Notes: a model not told the origin generated them from the sequence alone. A stretch of 64,000 bases of DNA from a virus (IMGVR_UViG_2934384730_000002:23867-87866); one strand, 5' to 3'; numbered from the stretch's first letter, positions 45,841-55,311 are shown. Numbers and translations are program-made.

Positions 45841-46138
45841 CGGGGGTCTCCGGTGTGCTCGGTGCGCGGGTTCACGGGCCCCACAGGGGCAGTTGGCGGG
45901 GCTGTGGCGGGGGTAGCGGCAGGGCCGTCTGTCCGGGTACGGACGTGGGCGGGGGCGGGTCGGGTGGGTCGGGGCGGCGGCATCCCGGTCGGGGGCACAG
46001 GGCGGTGGTGTCGGGGAGGGGTGTCCAGCAGGCTGCGCAGATGGGGTGCACGGTCGGCCTCCGTGGCGTGGGAGGGTGGCGGGGTGGGGCCGCTCCCGGT
46101 TCGGACGGGAGCGGCCCCACGCTCGTGGCGCACGCTGG

Positions 46139-46993
46139 TCAACTGCGCTTGCACTTGTTGCAGTAGGCGACGCCGGTGGGTGTGTACCGGCCGTGGTCGG
46201 CCTGGAGGTGGCCGTGGCGGCAGCGCTCGGGCCGGGGGCCGCGCCCGGTGAGGTAGCGCAGTTGCTCGCGGGTGCGCTGGCGGCCGAGGTCGTCGTCTAC
46301 GTGGTCGGGGGCCTGGCAGTGGCGGACGCCGCACTCGGCGCGGACCTGGTCGACGGGGTCGCGGCCCTTGCCCCAGCGGAAGGCGACGGCGGACGGGGCG
46401 ACCCACTGGTCCTGGTAGCGCATGGCGGGGGTGCCGGTGCTGGACCGCTCCCCCAGCCACTCCAGGTGGCCGCCGTCGACCAGGCGGACGTGGTCGGCCC
46501 ACTTCTCTTCGACTGAGCGGTACTTCGGCTTGCGGTAGGTGGTGCCGGTCTCCTGGCGGATGCGGGCGACGGTCGCGCGGTCCACGCCCAGCTGGTGACC
46601 GATGGCCGTGTTCGTGGCGTGGGCGAGGAGGGCGGTGATCTCGGCGGTGCGCGGGTGGGGGCGGGGCGGCGGCGGGATGGTGGCGGGCCCGATACCGGCG
46701 GCCTCGCGGATGCGGGCCGCGGTGGCCGGGGTGACGCCGGTCCGGCGCGCAGCCTCGGCGTTGCTGTACCCCTCGGTGAGGAGGTCCCGGACCTGCTTCT
46801 CCTTGGGGTGGGGCGGCTTGCGCCAGGCGGTGCGGGGGGTCGGGGGGATGCCGGCCTCCTCGCGGACCCTGGCGACGGCCATGCGGCCGGCGCGGAGGGT
46901 GCGGGCGATCTCGTCGGTGGTGTGGCCGGCGCGGGCAAGCTCGATGATCTGCGCCGTCTTGGGGTGCGGGCGTCGGGAGCGGGAGGCGGTCAC
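46139..46993 (-). CDS. HTH-repeat protein with C-terminal degenerate HNH/Zn domain
   Basis: Three HP...I..L HTH units, then GHLEWLG...CGVRHCQAPDHV...CRHGH...CNKC. Confidence 0.7.
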   Translation of the reverse strand: MTASRSRRPHPKTAQIIELARAGHTTDEIARTLRAGRMAVARVREEAGIPPTPRTAWRKPPHPKEKQVRDLLTEGYSNAEAARRTGVTPATAARIREAAGIGPATIPPPPRPHPRTAEITALLAHATNTAIGHQLGVDRATVARIRQETGTTYRKPKYRSVEEKWADHVRLVDGGHLEWLGERSSTGTPAMRYQDQWVAPSAVAFRWGKGRDPVDQVRAECGVRHCQAPDHVDDDLGRQRTREQLRYLTGRGPRPERCRHGHLQADHGRYTPTGVAYCNKCKRS

Positions 46994-47066
46994 GCGGGTC
47001 TCCGTGGTTGGCTGGTGGGAGGGCCGCCCCCGATTCCCGCGGGGGCGGCCCGTGTTGAGCGGGCGG

Positions 47067-47366
47067 TCAGGAGGTGGGCTGCCAGCGGGGGCAACCGGTG
47101 GCGGGTTGGTAGCTGGGGCCGAGAGAAAGGCCCAGGTCGCATGACGGGGCGGCGGGTCCGGAGGCACCCCAGTTGCAGCCGGGCTCGCAGCCGCAGGCGT
47201 CACCGCCCCGGTCGTAGTGCGTGCACGTCTTGCAAGAGCGGGTGGCGGGGTTCTTCCAGCAACGGGAGATGTGCGTGGCGGCGGAGGCGCGCTTGGCCCA
47301 GGTACGGCGGCAGTGCGGGCACTGGTGGCGGGTGACGACAACGGGCGTCGGCAGGTCGACGGACAT
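47067..47366 (-). CDS. Small Cys-rich zinc-finger protein
   Basis: CPHC..H...C, CKTC, 10 or more Cys. Confidence 0.7.
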   Translation of the reverse strand: MSVDLPTPVVVTRHQCPHCRRTWAKRASAATHISRCWKNPATRSCKTCTHYDRGGDACGCEPGCNWGASGPAAPSCDLGLSLGPSYQPATGCPRWQPTS

Positions 47367-47452
47367 CAGGGGCCTCCGAGGGGGGTGGTGTCGTGGTCAA
47401 GGGGGCCGCCCCCGATTCCCGCGGGGGCGGCCCGTGCTGTGCGGGCGGTAGG

Positions 47453-48466
47453 TCAGGCGTCGTAGGCCAGGGGGACCCACTGCCCCGTGCTCGGGTCCCA
47501 GGCGGGGAGGTCATCGAGCGAGAGGTAGGCGCCGTACGCGGTGGGGACGAGCGGCGGGTACTCGGTCGTGAGCTGGTCGAGAGGGGCGGGCTCGTTGGTG
47601 GGGTCGTCCTCGTGGAGGAGGAGCAGGCAGCCCCGGGCGTCGATGCCCACCGGCCGCCACCACGCCCCTTCGCCGTCGCGGTACCAGACGGCGGCCGGGT
47701 AGGTCTTTCCCTGCCACGTGAGCCTCGCGGACGCGCAGTCGGCGGCGTGGAAGGTGGGGGCGAAGCACCGGCATTCGCCGCCGGTGGTGGTGCCGGTGGC
47801 GTCGGTGATGACCGGTGCGGGCCGCGTGGTCAGGGCCTCGGCGGCGAGGAGGTGGAGGAACCGGAGGACGTCGCTGCGGCCGGGGTCGAGCTCGTAGTCC
47901 TGCGGCAGGGCGTCGACCAGGCCGGCGGCCTTGCGGTACGCGGCGGCCTGGACCTCGGCAACGGACGGGCCGGACGGGGCCGCCGAAACGGGCGTGTCGG
48001 TCTGCGCCTCCCATCCGTCGTGCTGCCAGTTGTCCGGGTCCATGGACGTGGCGGTGGACGGCTCGCCGTCCCGGCCGAGGAGACCGACCGCACGGGGCTC
48101 CGCCGTGAGCGGGTTGAGGACGACGGCGAGGCACCGGAAGGTCCAGCGGCGCCGCCGGTAGACGGTGTCGGGGGCGAAGAAGTCGGCGGGTGGGGCGGTC
48201 TCGGCCGGGCGGGCTTCCGGCTCGGCGCCGATCTGGCCGGCGGCGAGACACGCGGCGATGACGACGGTGTCCGGCACGTCGCCGGGGAAGGTGGTGGCGC
48301 CGCCGCCCGGGGTGTCGAGGCCGCAGTCACCGTGGTCGGTGTGGACGGCCCAGACGGCGCCGTTGGGGTGGTGGAGGATTTCCAGGAGCCGGTCCGGGGC
48401 GCCGGTCCACCCGGCGGCTTCCAGCGCCTCGGCTACGTCCAGCCGGGAGTTCCAAGGGGCGTTCAT
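47453..48466 (-). CDS. Mosaic hypothetical protein, paralog of 48571-49614
   Basis: Shared C-terminal part from DFF.PDTVYRRRRW to LA.DA. Confidence 0.75.
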   Translation of the reverse strand: MNAPWNSRLDVAEALEAAGWTGAPDRLLEILHHPNGAVWAVHTDHGDCGLDTPGGGATTFPGDVPDTVVIAACLAAGQIGAEPEARPAETAPPADFFAPDTVYRRRRWTFRCLAVVLNPLTAEPRAVGLLGRDGEPSTATSMDPDNWQHDGWEAQTDTPVSAAPSGPSVAEVQAAAYRKAAGLVDALPQDYELDPGRSDVLRFLHLLAAEALTTRPAPVITDATGTTTGGECRCFAPTFHAADCASARLTWQGKTYPAAVWYRDGEGAWWRPVGIDARGCLLLLHEDDPTNEPAPLDQLTTEYPPLVPTAYGAYLSLDDLPAWDPSTGQWVPLAYDA

Positions 48467-48570
48467 GGGGTGATCTCCGGTTTCTGCGGGCGGGGCCCGC
48501 TGTCGTTGTGGTGGTGGAGGGGGCCGCCCCCGATTCCCGCGGGGGCGGCCCGTGCTGTGCGGGCGGTAGG

Positions 48571-49614
48571 TCAGGCGTCGTGAGCCAGGGGGACCCACTG
48601 CTGCGTGCTCGGGTCCCAGGCGGGGAGGTCATCGAGTGAGAGATAGGCGCCGTACGCGGTGGGGGTGAGCGGCGGGTACTCCGCCTCGACCTGGTCGACG
48701 GGGACGGGTTCGTTGGTGAAGTCGCCCTCGTTGAGGAGGAGCAGGCAGCCCCGGGTGTCGATGCCGCTCGGCCACCACCACGACCCTTCGCCGTCGCGGT
48801 ACCAGCTGGCGGCCGGGTAGGTCCGGCCCTCCCACGTGAGCCTCGCCGAGCGGCAGCTCGAAGCATGGTGGGTGGGGGCGAAGCACTGGCATTCGCCGTC
48901 GGCGGTGGTGCCGGTGGCGTCGGTGATGGCCGGCGCGGGCTGCGTGGTCGGGGCCTCGGCGGCAAGGCGCTGGAGGATCTGGACGGCGTCGCCGCGGCCG
49001 GGGTCGAGCTCGTAGTCCTGCGGCAGGGCGCTGACCAGGCCGGCGGCCTTGCGGTACGCGGCGGCCTGGACCTCGGCAACGGACGGGCCGGACGGGGCCG
49101 CCGAAACGGGCGTGTCGGTCTGCGCCTCCCATCCGTCGTGCTGCCAGTTGTCCGGGTCCATGGACGTGGCGGTGGACGGCTCGCCGTCCCGGCCGAGGAG
49201 ACCGACCGCGCGAGGCTCCCCAGTGAGCGGGTTGAGGACGACGGCGAGGCACTGGTAGGTCCAGCGGCGCCGCCGGTAGACGGTGTCGGGGGTGAAGAAG
49301 TCGACGGGCGCGGCGGTCGGTGCGGTCCCCCCTCCGTGCTGCCAGGCGGTCTCAGCGCGTTCGCGGAGCACGTCGGCCATGCTCCGGGTCGCGGCTCCCT
49401 CGATCCCGGTGTCCCGGTCCAGCTCGCCGTACTCGGCCCGAATCTCCTCGTCCATCTGGTCCTGAAGCCGGGTAATGGTGTCGGCGGCCTCGCGCAGCAC
49501 GGCGGCGCGGCCGGCGGGCGGGGGGTTGAGCGACGCGGGGGCGGGGTCGTGGGACTCGTCGGTCATGCAGGCGATGCAGGGGCTGGTACAGCCAGTGGGG
49601 CGGGGTTCGGTCAT
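48571..49614 (-). CDS. Mosaic hypothetical protein, paralog of 47453-48466
   Basis: Same C-terminal part, unrelated N-terminus. Confidence 0.75.
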   Translation of the reverse strand: MTEPRPTGCTSPCIACMTDESHDPAPASLNPPPAGRAAVLREAADTITRLQDQMDEEIRAEYGELDRDTGIEGAATRSMADVLRERAETAWQHGGGTAPTAAPVDFFTPDTVYRRRRWTYQCLAVVLNPLTGEPRAVGLLGRDGEPSTATSMDPDNWQHDGWEAQTDTPVSAAPSGPSVAEVQAAAYRKAAGLVSALPQDYELDPGRGDAVQILQRLAAEAPTTQPAPAITDATGTTADGECQCFAPTHHASSCRSARLTWEGRTYPAASWYRDGEGSWWWPSGIDTRGCLLLLNEGDFTNEPVPVDQVEAEYPPLTPTAYGAYLSLDDLPAWDPSTQQWVPLAHDA

Positions 49615-49664
49615 CGGTCATCTCCTAGTGGTGTGGGGGGCGGGCTTCGTCGTCCTCGGGCTGG

Positions 49665-50498
49665 TCACGTGAGGTCGAGGACGCCCTGAGCAAAGCGGGC
49701 ACGGGCGAGGTCGTGGTAGGTGGCGCTGATGTCGATGCCGATGTACCGGCGGCCGAGGTGGCGGGCTGCGGCGCCGGTGGTGCCGGAGCCGGAGAACGGA
49801 TCGAGGACGAGGCCACCCGGCGGGCAGCCGGCTGCGATGCAGCGGGCGGCCAGGGCCTCGGGGTAGGGCGCGACATGGCCGTGGGACGCCGCTGCCCGGT
49901 CGGTGCCGATCGTCCACACGTCAGTGGAGGCGCCAGCGTCCTCCCGGCTGTAGTGGTAGCGGGCCGACTTGGTCAGCAGGTAGACGCGCTCAGTAGTGCG
50001 CCGGGGGCGGTCACGTGCGGTGGGCTCGGGGGCCGCGTCCGGTCGGCGCCAGATGATCTCGGACCGCAGGGTCCAGCCGTCCTCCTGGAGGGCTATTGCG
50101 ACTCGGGCGGGGATCATCAGCAAGCTCTTGCGCGGGTAGGGCAGGCCGCTTTGGTCCAGGGGGCGCGGACCGGCCCAGCGACGCGCCCGCTGTCGACGGT
50201 CTACACCGGTGGGCCGACCCTTCGCCGAGTAGTAGGAGTCGCCGAGGTTCAGCCAGAGGGTGCCGGTGGCGGCAAGGACGCGCCGAGCCTCGGCGAAGAC
50301 GGCGCGGATTCGATCGACGTACAGCGCAGGGGTCTCTTCCAGCCCGAGCTGGCCCGCGGCGCCGTAGTCGCGCAGGCCGTAGTACGGAGGGCTGGTGACA
50401 ATGCAGTCGACCGAGCCGTCGGGCAGGGTGCGGAGCTGGTCCAGGGCGTCGCCGAGAAGGAGAGCGGCCTGCTCGTCCTGATGGTAGGCAGTGGTCAA
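49665..50498 (-). CDS. DNA methyltransferase (beta class, N4-C/N6-A)
   Basis: VTSPPYY catalytic motif before the [13 protein letters not shown]-binding motif. Confidence 0.92.
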   Translation of the reverse strand: MTTAYHQDEQAALLLGDALDQLRTLPDGSVDCIVTSPPYYGLRDYGAAGQLGLEETPALYVDRIRAVFAEARRVLAATGTLWLNLGDSYYSAKGRPTGVDRRQRARRWAGPRPLDQSGLPYPRKSLLMIPARVAIALQEDGWTLRSEIIWRRPDAAPEPTARDRPRRTTERVYLLTKSARYHYSREDAGASTDVWTIGTDRAAASHGHVAPYPEALAARCIAAGCPPGGLVLDPFSGSGTTGAAARHLGRRYIGIDISATYHDLARARFAQGVLDLT

Positions 50499-50710
50499 GG
50501 GTTGATCTCCAGTTCTGCGAGCGGCTGCCCGCTGTCGATGTGGTGGTGGAGCTCGCGGAGGCGGGCCATGGCGCGGGCGCGGGCGCGGGCGCGGGTGTGG
50601 GAGAGGAGGCGTCGGGCCTCGTTGGGGAGCTGGCGCCAGCACGGCGGGCACAGGTAGGTGCGGGTGGGTCTCGGGTTGCCGCAGGCGCGGCACCGGGTGC
50701 GGGCGCTCAC
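50495..50710 (-). CDS. Small Zn-binding protein
   Basis: CRAC...LCPPCW. Confidence 0.55.
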   Translation of the reverse strand: MSARTRCRACGNPRPTRTYLCPPCWRQLPNEARRLLSHTRARARARAMARLRELHHHIDSGQPLAELEINP

Positions 50711-50849
50711 CAGCGGGCGGGGGCGGTCGCGCAGGCCGGGGAGCAGACCTCGGCGGTGGGCGGCATGTCGCCGCCGCACACCGGGCAGTCGGCGGTGGTC
50801 TGCTGGCGGAGGGGGTGGTGGCCGTGCTGGTGCACGTCGGGCTGGGTGG

Positions 50850-51260
50850 TCATTCGATGGGTCCTCGGTTGGTGGTGGTGCCCCGGCCGGCGGTGGCGAG
50901 GGCTCGGGCGACGGGGCGGGCCCCGTAGGTGCGCACGGCGGCGTCGTGGCCGTGCGTGTCGACCGCGTGGAGGACGTCCTCCACGGGCGCGTCGGTGGTC
51001 GTGTGGGTGGTGGCGCGGCGGCGGCGGGTGTTGCACAGGAGGCACCCGCCGGCCTCGTTGTCGACCGGGCCGGTGGGGTGGAGGCGGCACCCGGTGACCG
51101 GGCGGTTCGCGGCGGCGGCGACCAGGCGGCGGGCAAGGACGAGGGATTCGTCCAGCGCGCGCAGCGCCTCGGGCGTCGCGTCGTGCGGGTTGAGGCGGTC
51201 GCCGTAGCTGTCGAGGTCGGCGAGGGCGGCGCGGAGGTCCTGGAGCACGGTGAGGTTCAT
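50850..51260 (-). CDS. Hypothetical protein
   Basis: ATGA-coupled; GCRLHP...CLLC. Confidence 0.6.
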   Translation of the reverse strand: MNLTVLQDLRAALADLDSYGDRLNPHDATPEALRALDESLVLARRLVAAAANRPVTGCRLHPTGPVDNEAGGCLLCNTRRRRATTHTTTDAPVEDVLHAVDTHGHDAAVRTYGARPVARALATAGRGTTTNRGPIE

Positions 51261-52525
51261 CCGTTCACCGCCTGGGCCGCGTCGTCGGCGGTGCAGCGGG
51301 GGCAGAGCCCGGCGGGGGCGGGGGCGGGCACGGTGCGGTGGACGCTGCCGCAGTCGCGCTCGCAGTCCCGGATCTCCGTGCGCTGGGCCGGAAGTCGCCG
51401 TGCGGGCCTAGGAGCGGCCGGGGCGGCGTCGGTGGCCCCGGAGGGCACGCCGACCAAGATCGCCCCCTGTACGGGCGCCTGGGCCGCTTCACGGCGGCGC
51501 TTACGGTCCTCGGCCTCCCGCTCGCAGGTGCGGCAGCGGGCGCCGGTGTCGACGTCGGTGCCGTCGTCGCAGCGTTCCGAGGTGCACTGCCCCCGGCGCA
51601 CCAGGGCGATGGCGACGCCCACCGGGCGGAGGATGCCCGGGCCGTCCCCGGACTCGGCCGCGTCCTCGTAGCCGTGGTTCCACCAGCGGCGCCCGACCCG
51701 CTCCACGAGCTGATCGGCGGTCAGGCCGCGGGCCAGCTCCGTGCGGATGGCGTCCGTGACGGCCCGGGGCACCGGGTTGGGGAGCTGGTCCCGCAGACGG
51801 TGCGGCATCAGCCCGATGACGCAGCCGACGGCGGCCGTCCGCAGTTCCTCCGTCTCCTCCTCGGCCGGGCTCGCTGTTGCTGCCGCGGCGCAGCCGCCCT
51901 CGGGCGCGCCCTCACTACCGGTAGTTGGCCTACGGCCGTCACCAAGGGTTGTGGACGGTTCTGTGGACGGTTCACTGACGGTTAGGGCGGCACTGAGTGC
52001 GTGACGTGCGTCGTCAGAGTGCGTGACGTCACGCACTTCGGATGCGTGACGTGCGCCGTCGGACTGCGTGACGTCCGACTCGGTCACGTCGTCAGAGTGC
52101 GTGACGTCCGGCTCGGCGGAGGACTCGACGGCCGCCGACGAGGCGGCGCGCTTCGCGCGGGCCTTCCGCTGGCGGTCCCGCGCGGCGTCCTTCTGCCGCT
52201 GCTCGTCCTCCAGGAGTTCCGTCCAGTCCGACGCCGGGCGGGCTGCGTGGAGGGCGAGGGCGTAGACGGTGATCTCTCCGTGGGTGCCCGTGGCCTTGAT
52301 GAGCCCGGCCGTCTCCAAGCGGCGGAGCGCCCGTTGCACGGTGCGGCGGTCGTAGCCGGTGCGGTAGCGGAGGCGAGCGATCGAGGGACGGGCGTTCCGG
52401 CCGTCCTTGTCGGCGTGCTCTGCGAGGACCTGGAGGACACCCCGGGTGGTGGTGTCCGGGCGACCCTTCTCGGTCCGGAGCATGGGCGCGTCGTCCATGG
52501 CCCATGTGACCGCTTCGTGGCTCAT
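51257..52525 (-). CDS. Replication initiator (N-terminal HTH, lambda-O-like organisation)
   Basis: VLQVLAEHAD..G..ARPSIARL...TG...RTVQRALRRLE..GLI. Confidence 0.8.
   Translation of the reverse strand: MSHEAVTWAMDDAPMLRTEKGRPDTTTRGVLQVLAEHADKDGRNARPSIARLRYRTGYDRRTVQRALRRLETAGLIKATGTHGEITVYALALHAARPASDWTELLEDEQRQKDAARDRQRKARAKRAASSAAVESSAEPDVTHSDDVTESDVTQSDGARHASEVRDVTHSDDARHALSAALTVSEPSTEPSTTLGDGRRPTTGSEGAPEGGCAAAATASPAEEETEELRTAAVGCVIGLMPHRLRDQLPNPVPRAVTDAIRTELARGLTADQLVERVGRRWWNHGYEDAAESGDGPGILRPVGVAIALVRRGQCTSERCDDGTDVDTGARCRTCEREAEDRKRRREAAQAPVQGAILVGVPSGATDAAPAAPRPARRLPAQRTEIRDCERDCGSVHRTVPAPAPAGLCPRCTADDAAQAVNG
51998..52107. repeat. Iterons, putative replication origin
   Basis: TGCGTGACGT at 51998, 52020, 52043, 52065, 52098. 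Confidence 0.75.
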
Positions 52526-52620
52526 GCGGCGGCGACCCTTCCATCAGTGCTGGTCAGCGCATTTTCGGCTGGGCCGCCGTTTGCCGGGGCGACCCTTCCG
52601 TGATCAACACTTTGACCCTG

Positions 52621-52637
52621 TCGGTTTGCAAAGTCAA
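52621..52637 (-). promoter_or_regulatory. Operator/promoter variant upstream of the replication gene
   Basis: TCGGTTTGCAAAGTCAA (TTGACT -35). Confidence 0.65.
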
Positions 52638-52688
52638 GTTGCCCGGTCACGCAGTTTGAATGCGTACACGGACGGGGCACCTCCACGC

Positions 52689-53000
52689 TCACCGCGGGCC
52701 CCGACGGCTCCGGCGCGCGGCGAGGTCCACCACCCCCTCCGGCAGCGGTCGGGCCGGACGCGCGGTGCTCGGCGCCCCCGCCGCCCGGCCGCCACCACAC
52801 GTCGCCACGTGCGGCTTGTGCAGCCGCTCCCACCCCGCCACCGGCAACTCCTCAGTGGGCCGGCGGGACCGCCACGTCCCCGTCCCGTCCCGGTAGACGG
52901 CGGTGTTGCCCTCGGGGTCGGGGCGGGCGTCGACCAGCAGACGGCGGCCGGCCTCGGTGATCGTCAGGTGCACAGCCGCACCGCAGGTGCCACACCGCAC
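52689..53000 (-). CDS. Zn-binding hypothetical protein
   Basis: CGTCGAAV...PDPEGN...PHVATC. Confidence 0.65.
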   Translation of the reverse strand: MRCGTCGAAVHLTITEAGRRLLVDARPDPEGNTAVYRDGTGTWRSRRPTEELPVAGWERLHKPHVATCGGGRAAGAPSTARPARPLPEGVVDLAARRSRRGPR

Positions 53001-53104
53001 GGGGGCTCCTCTCAAGCAGGACAGGGGAGGGGGCGGGCCGGACGCCGACCCGGGCGCGCGGGCGCCGGGCCCTCGACCGTCGGTGGTCGGGGGCCCGGCG
53101 CTCC

Positions 53105-53479
53105 TCACTTGCAGGGACTCGTGGACCCGCTCGGTGACGGGCTCTCGGTCGGCGCGGGGTGGGCCCCGCCCGGCACGAGGACCAGGCCCCGGGGCGTCGT
53201 CCGGGTCGGGGCGGGTTTGGGCTTGCGCAGGTCGACGGACGGGCCGTCAGGCCGGGGCGCCGGCCGGGGCGCGGACCCGCTCCCCGACCCGCCGCCGGAG
53301 CCGCCACGGCCCCCGCCACGCCCCTCGACCGCCGCCACGAGGCTCATCTCCTGGCCGGTCCCGGCGGACCGGCAGCGGCCCCTGTCCTGGTCCTCGGCGG
53401 CCTGGCAGCCCCACAGCAGCAGCGCGCCGAGCGGCACCGCGAGCAGCCATCGAGCCCGGCCCGGGCGGGAGGTCTTCAC
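53105..53479 (-). CDS. Small putative lipoprotein
   Basis: LLWGC after a signal peptide. Confidence 0.55.
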   Translation of the reverse strand: MKTSRPGRARWLLAVPLGALLLWGCQAAEDQDRGRCRSAGTGQEMSLVAAVEGRGGGRGGSGGGSGSGSAPRPAPRPDGPSVDLRKPKPAPTRTTPRGLVLVPGGAHPAPTESPSPSGSTSPCK

Positions 53480-53694
53480 CGCTTCGACCCGCCGGGGCCG
53501 CGCAGCCGCGCCCCGGACTCCAGGATCAGCGCCCGCGCCGTGCCGTACGACAGGTCCCGCGCCTCGGCGATGGCCCGGATACCCGCGCCGGCCGCATACT
53601 CGGCGCCGATCGCGGCGGCGACCCGCGTGCGCTCCTCCCCTCGCAGGCGGGGCCGGTACCGCGACCCGAGCCGAGCCTTACCGCTGGTGCTCAC
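53476..53694 (-). CDS. Small HTH DNA-binding protein
   Basis: YAAGAGIRAIA...LSYGTAR.LILESG.RLR. Confidence 0.75.
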   Translation of the reverse strand: MSTSGKARLGSRYRPRLRGEERTRVAAAIGAEYAAGAGIRAIAEARDLSYGTARALILESGARLRGPGGSKR

Positions 53695-53933
53695 AGATGG
53701 GTCCTTTCGTTGGTCTGCTGGGGGGTGGTCACCGCTGTCCAGCGGCGGGCCGCCTCCTCCGCACACGTCTTGTGCGAGGGACGGCCGTAGGAGTCGCGGA
53801 GCTGGGTTGTCTCGGGGCAGTAGCGGCACTGGGCGGCCGTCTGCGACCAGTGGGCCGAGGCCCGCCAGTCCAGGAGGCCGCCTGGCACCGGCGGCAGCTC
53901 AGGTGGCTTCGGCCGGCTCCTGCGTACTGCCAT
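53691..53933 (-). CDS. Small Zn-binding protein
   Basis: CRYC...HKTC. Confidence 0.6.
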   Translation of the reverse strand: MAVRRSRPKPPELPPVPGGLLDWRASAHWSQTAAQCRYCPETTQLRDSYGRPSHKTCAEEAARRWTAVTTPQQTNERTHL

Positions 53934-54264
53934 CCGCCGCCACCTCCCCGGCGCGCTCGCGGCGGCGGGCGTTGCGCTCCCGCTCCCGCCGGCGGCGCAG
54001 GATCGCGCGCCGCTCGCCCGCGTCCATCCCGCCGAACACGCCGTGCGGCTCGGCCCGGTCCAGCGCGTCCGTGAGGCACTGCGCCTGCACGGGGCAGCGC
54101 GCGCACCACGCCTTGGCCTCGCGGGCCACCACCTGAGTCAGGCCGGCGTCCTGTGGCGGATGGAAAATGTCCGGGGGTGCCCCGATGCACGCCGCCTGCA
54201 CCGACCAGTGCGCAGGGCGGGGCAGCGTGTCCGGTGCGGGCCTGCGCCCGCGCCGCGCCATCAC
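53899..54264 (-). CDS. whiB: WhiB-family transcription factor
   Basis: W..QAAC...F, AKAWCARCPVQAQC, GVFGG. Confidence 0.9.
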   Translation of the reverse strand: MMARRGRRPAPDTLPRPAHWSVQAACIGAPPDIFHPPQDAGLTQVVAREAKAWCARCPVQAQCLTDALDRAEPHGVFGGMDAGERRAILRRRRERERNARRRERAGEVAADGSTQEPAEAT

Positions 54265-54529
54265 GAGACACCCGTCCCCGACCCGCGAGGGACGCTGTCC
54301 CCGCAGGCCACACGCTCGACCCCTGCCGCGTCCCCGACCGCGTCCCCGGCCGCGCCGCCCCCGGCGGGGACGGAGGGGACGGGCGTCCCCTCCGTGTCCC
54401 CGCCGGAGGGGTACGAGCCCCGGACGGCCTGGACGAGGAGCAGCGCCGCAAGGACCGCGAGGAACGGCCCCCAGACCGGGAACGCCACCACGACGGCCAC
54501 GACGAGCGGCAGCACGTCCACGGGCGGGG

Positions 54530-55075
54530 TCACCGTCGACCCTCCAGCGCGGGCAGGGCGGGCCACTTGACCTTGTCGAGCCGGGCTCGCTGGGCCGCCG
54601 GGAGGTCGACGGGCGGAGCGCCGAGCCGATCGAGCCCCGCGGCCCACAGCCACCAGGCGTCGCACTGGTTGTCGTCCTCGAACTCCCGGCCGGCCCTCTT
54701 GTACGCCGCCATAGCCATCGGGACCTTGTCGCCGGACCCCTTGCCGGTCGCGAACGCCTTCAGCGTCGCGGCCGTGACGAGCACGTACGGGACGCCGGCC
54801 TCGATGAGGACGGCCCGCACCACGCCGTGCACCATGCTGATCGGCTTGGCCGCGAAGCTGTTCTGCGGGATGTCCTCCATCACCACGAGGTCCGGCACCG
54901 GGCCGAGACCCACACGGGGCCCGCCCACCGCGACGCGGACCGCCTCCGCGATGTGGAGGAGCCGCCGGTCCCCGTCCTTCTGCCGGGTCTTCACCGTGGT
55001 GGTCGACCCGTCCCGGTAGGCGATACCGGACGCCGTCAACGAAAGGTCAAGGCCCACCACCTGAGGCGTGGTCAC
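54530..55075 (-). CDS. RuvC-like Holliday junction resolvase
   Basis: GLDLSLTASG, VVMED, LKAFATGKG..DK, NQCDA. Confidence 0.85.
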   Translation of the reverse strand: MTTPQVVGLDLSLTASGIAYRDGSTTTVKTRQKDGDRRLLHIAEAVRVAVGGPRVGLGPVPDLVVMEDIPQNSFAAKPISMVHGVVRAVLIEAGVPYVLVTAATLKAFATGKGSGDKVPMAMAAYKRAGREFEDDNQCDAWWLWAAGLDRLGAPPVDLPAAQRARLDKVKWPALPALEGRR

Positions 55076-55311
55076 CGTCCCCCACCCCCGAGCCGACCGG
55101 CGAGACGCTGCACACCAGCGACGACGTAGACGGCCGGCCAGGCGACGACCAAGACCGCGAGGAAGGCGTACACCACCCCCGCCGGCACCGGCGTTCGGCT
55201 CGTGACGCCGGCTACCCGGCGCTTGCCCTGCTCGGACGAGAGCGTGACGAGGCTCGCCACGATCCCCGCCCCCCAGACGACCAGCAGCACGACCACGACG
55301 AGGTCACTCAT
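55072..55311 (-). CDS. Small 2-TM protein (paralog of the next gene)
   Basis: MSDLV...W.AG...AWPAV. Confidence 0.6.
   Translation of the reverse strand: MSDLVVVVLLVVWGAGIVASLVTLSSEQGKRRVAGVTSRTPVPAGVVYAFLAVLVVAWPAVYVVAGVQRLAGRLGGGGR

Larger units (their letters stand above)
47021..48554. repeat. Three identical 34-bp hairpin-containing intergenic repeats (47021, 47403, 48521)
   Basis: GGGCCGCCCCCGATTCCCGCGGGGGCGGCCCGTG, each just downstream of a minus-strand stop codon. Confidence 0.9.

Noticed and set aside
47021-48554. Possible CRISPR array or integron attC sites
   Set aside because: Intervals are whole genes of unequal length; no cas genes, integron integrase or attC core boxes.
47453-49614. 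Diversity-generating retroelement TR/VR pair
   Set aside because: No reverse transcriptase in the window; both copies are coding and differences are not adenine-specific.
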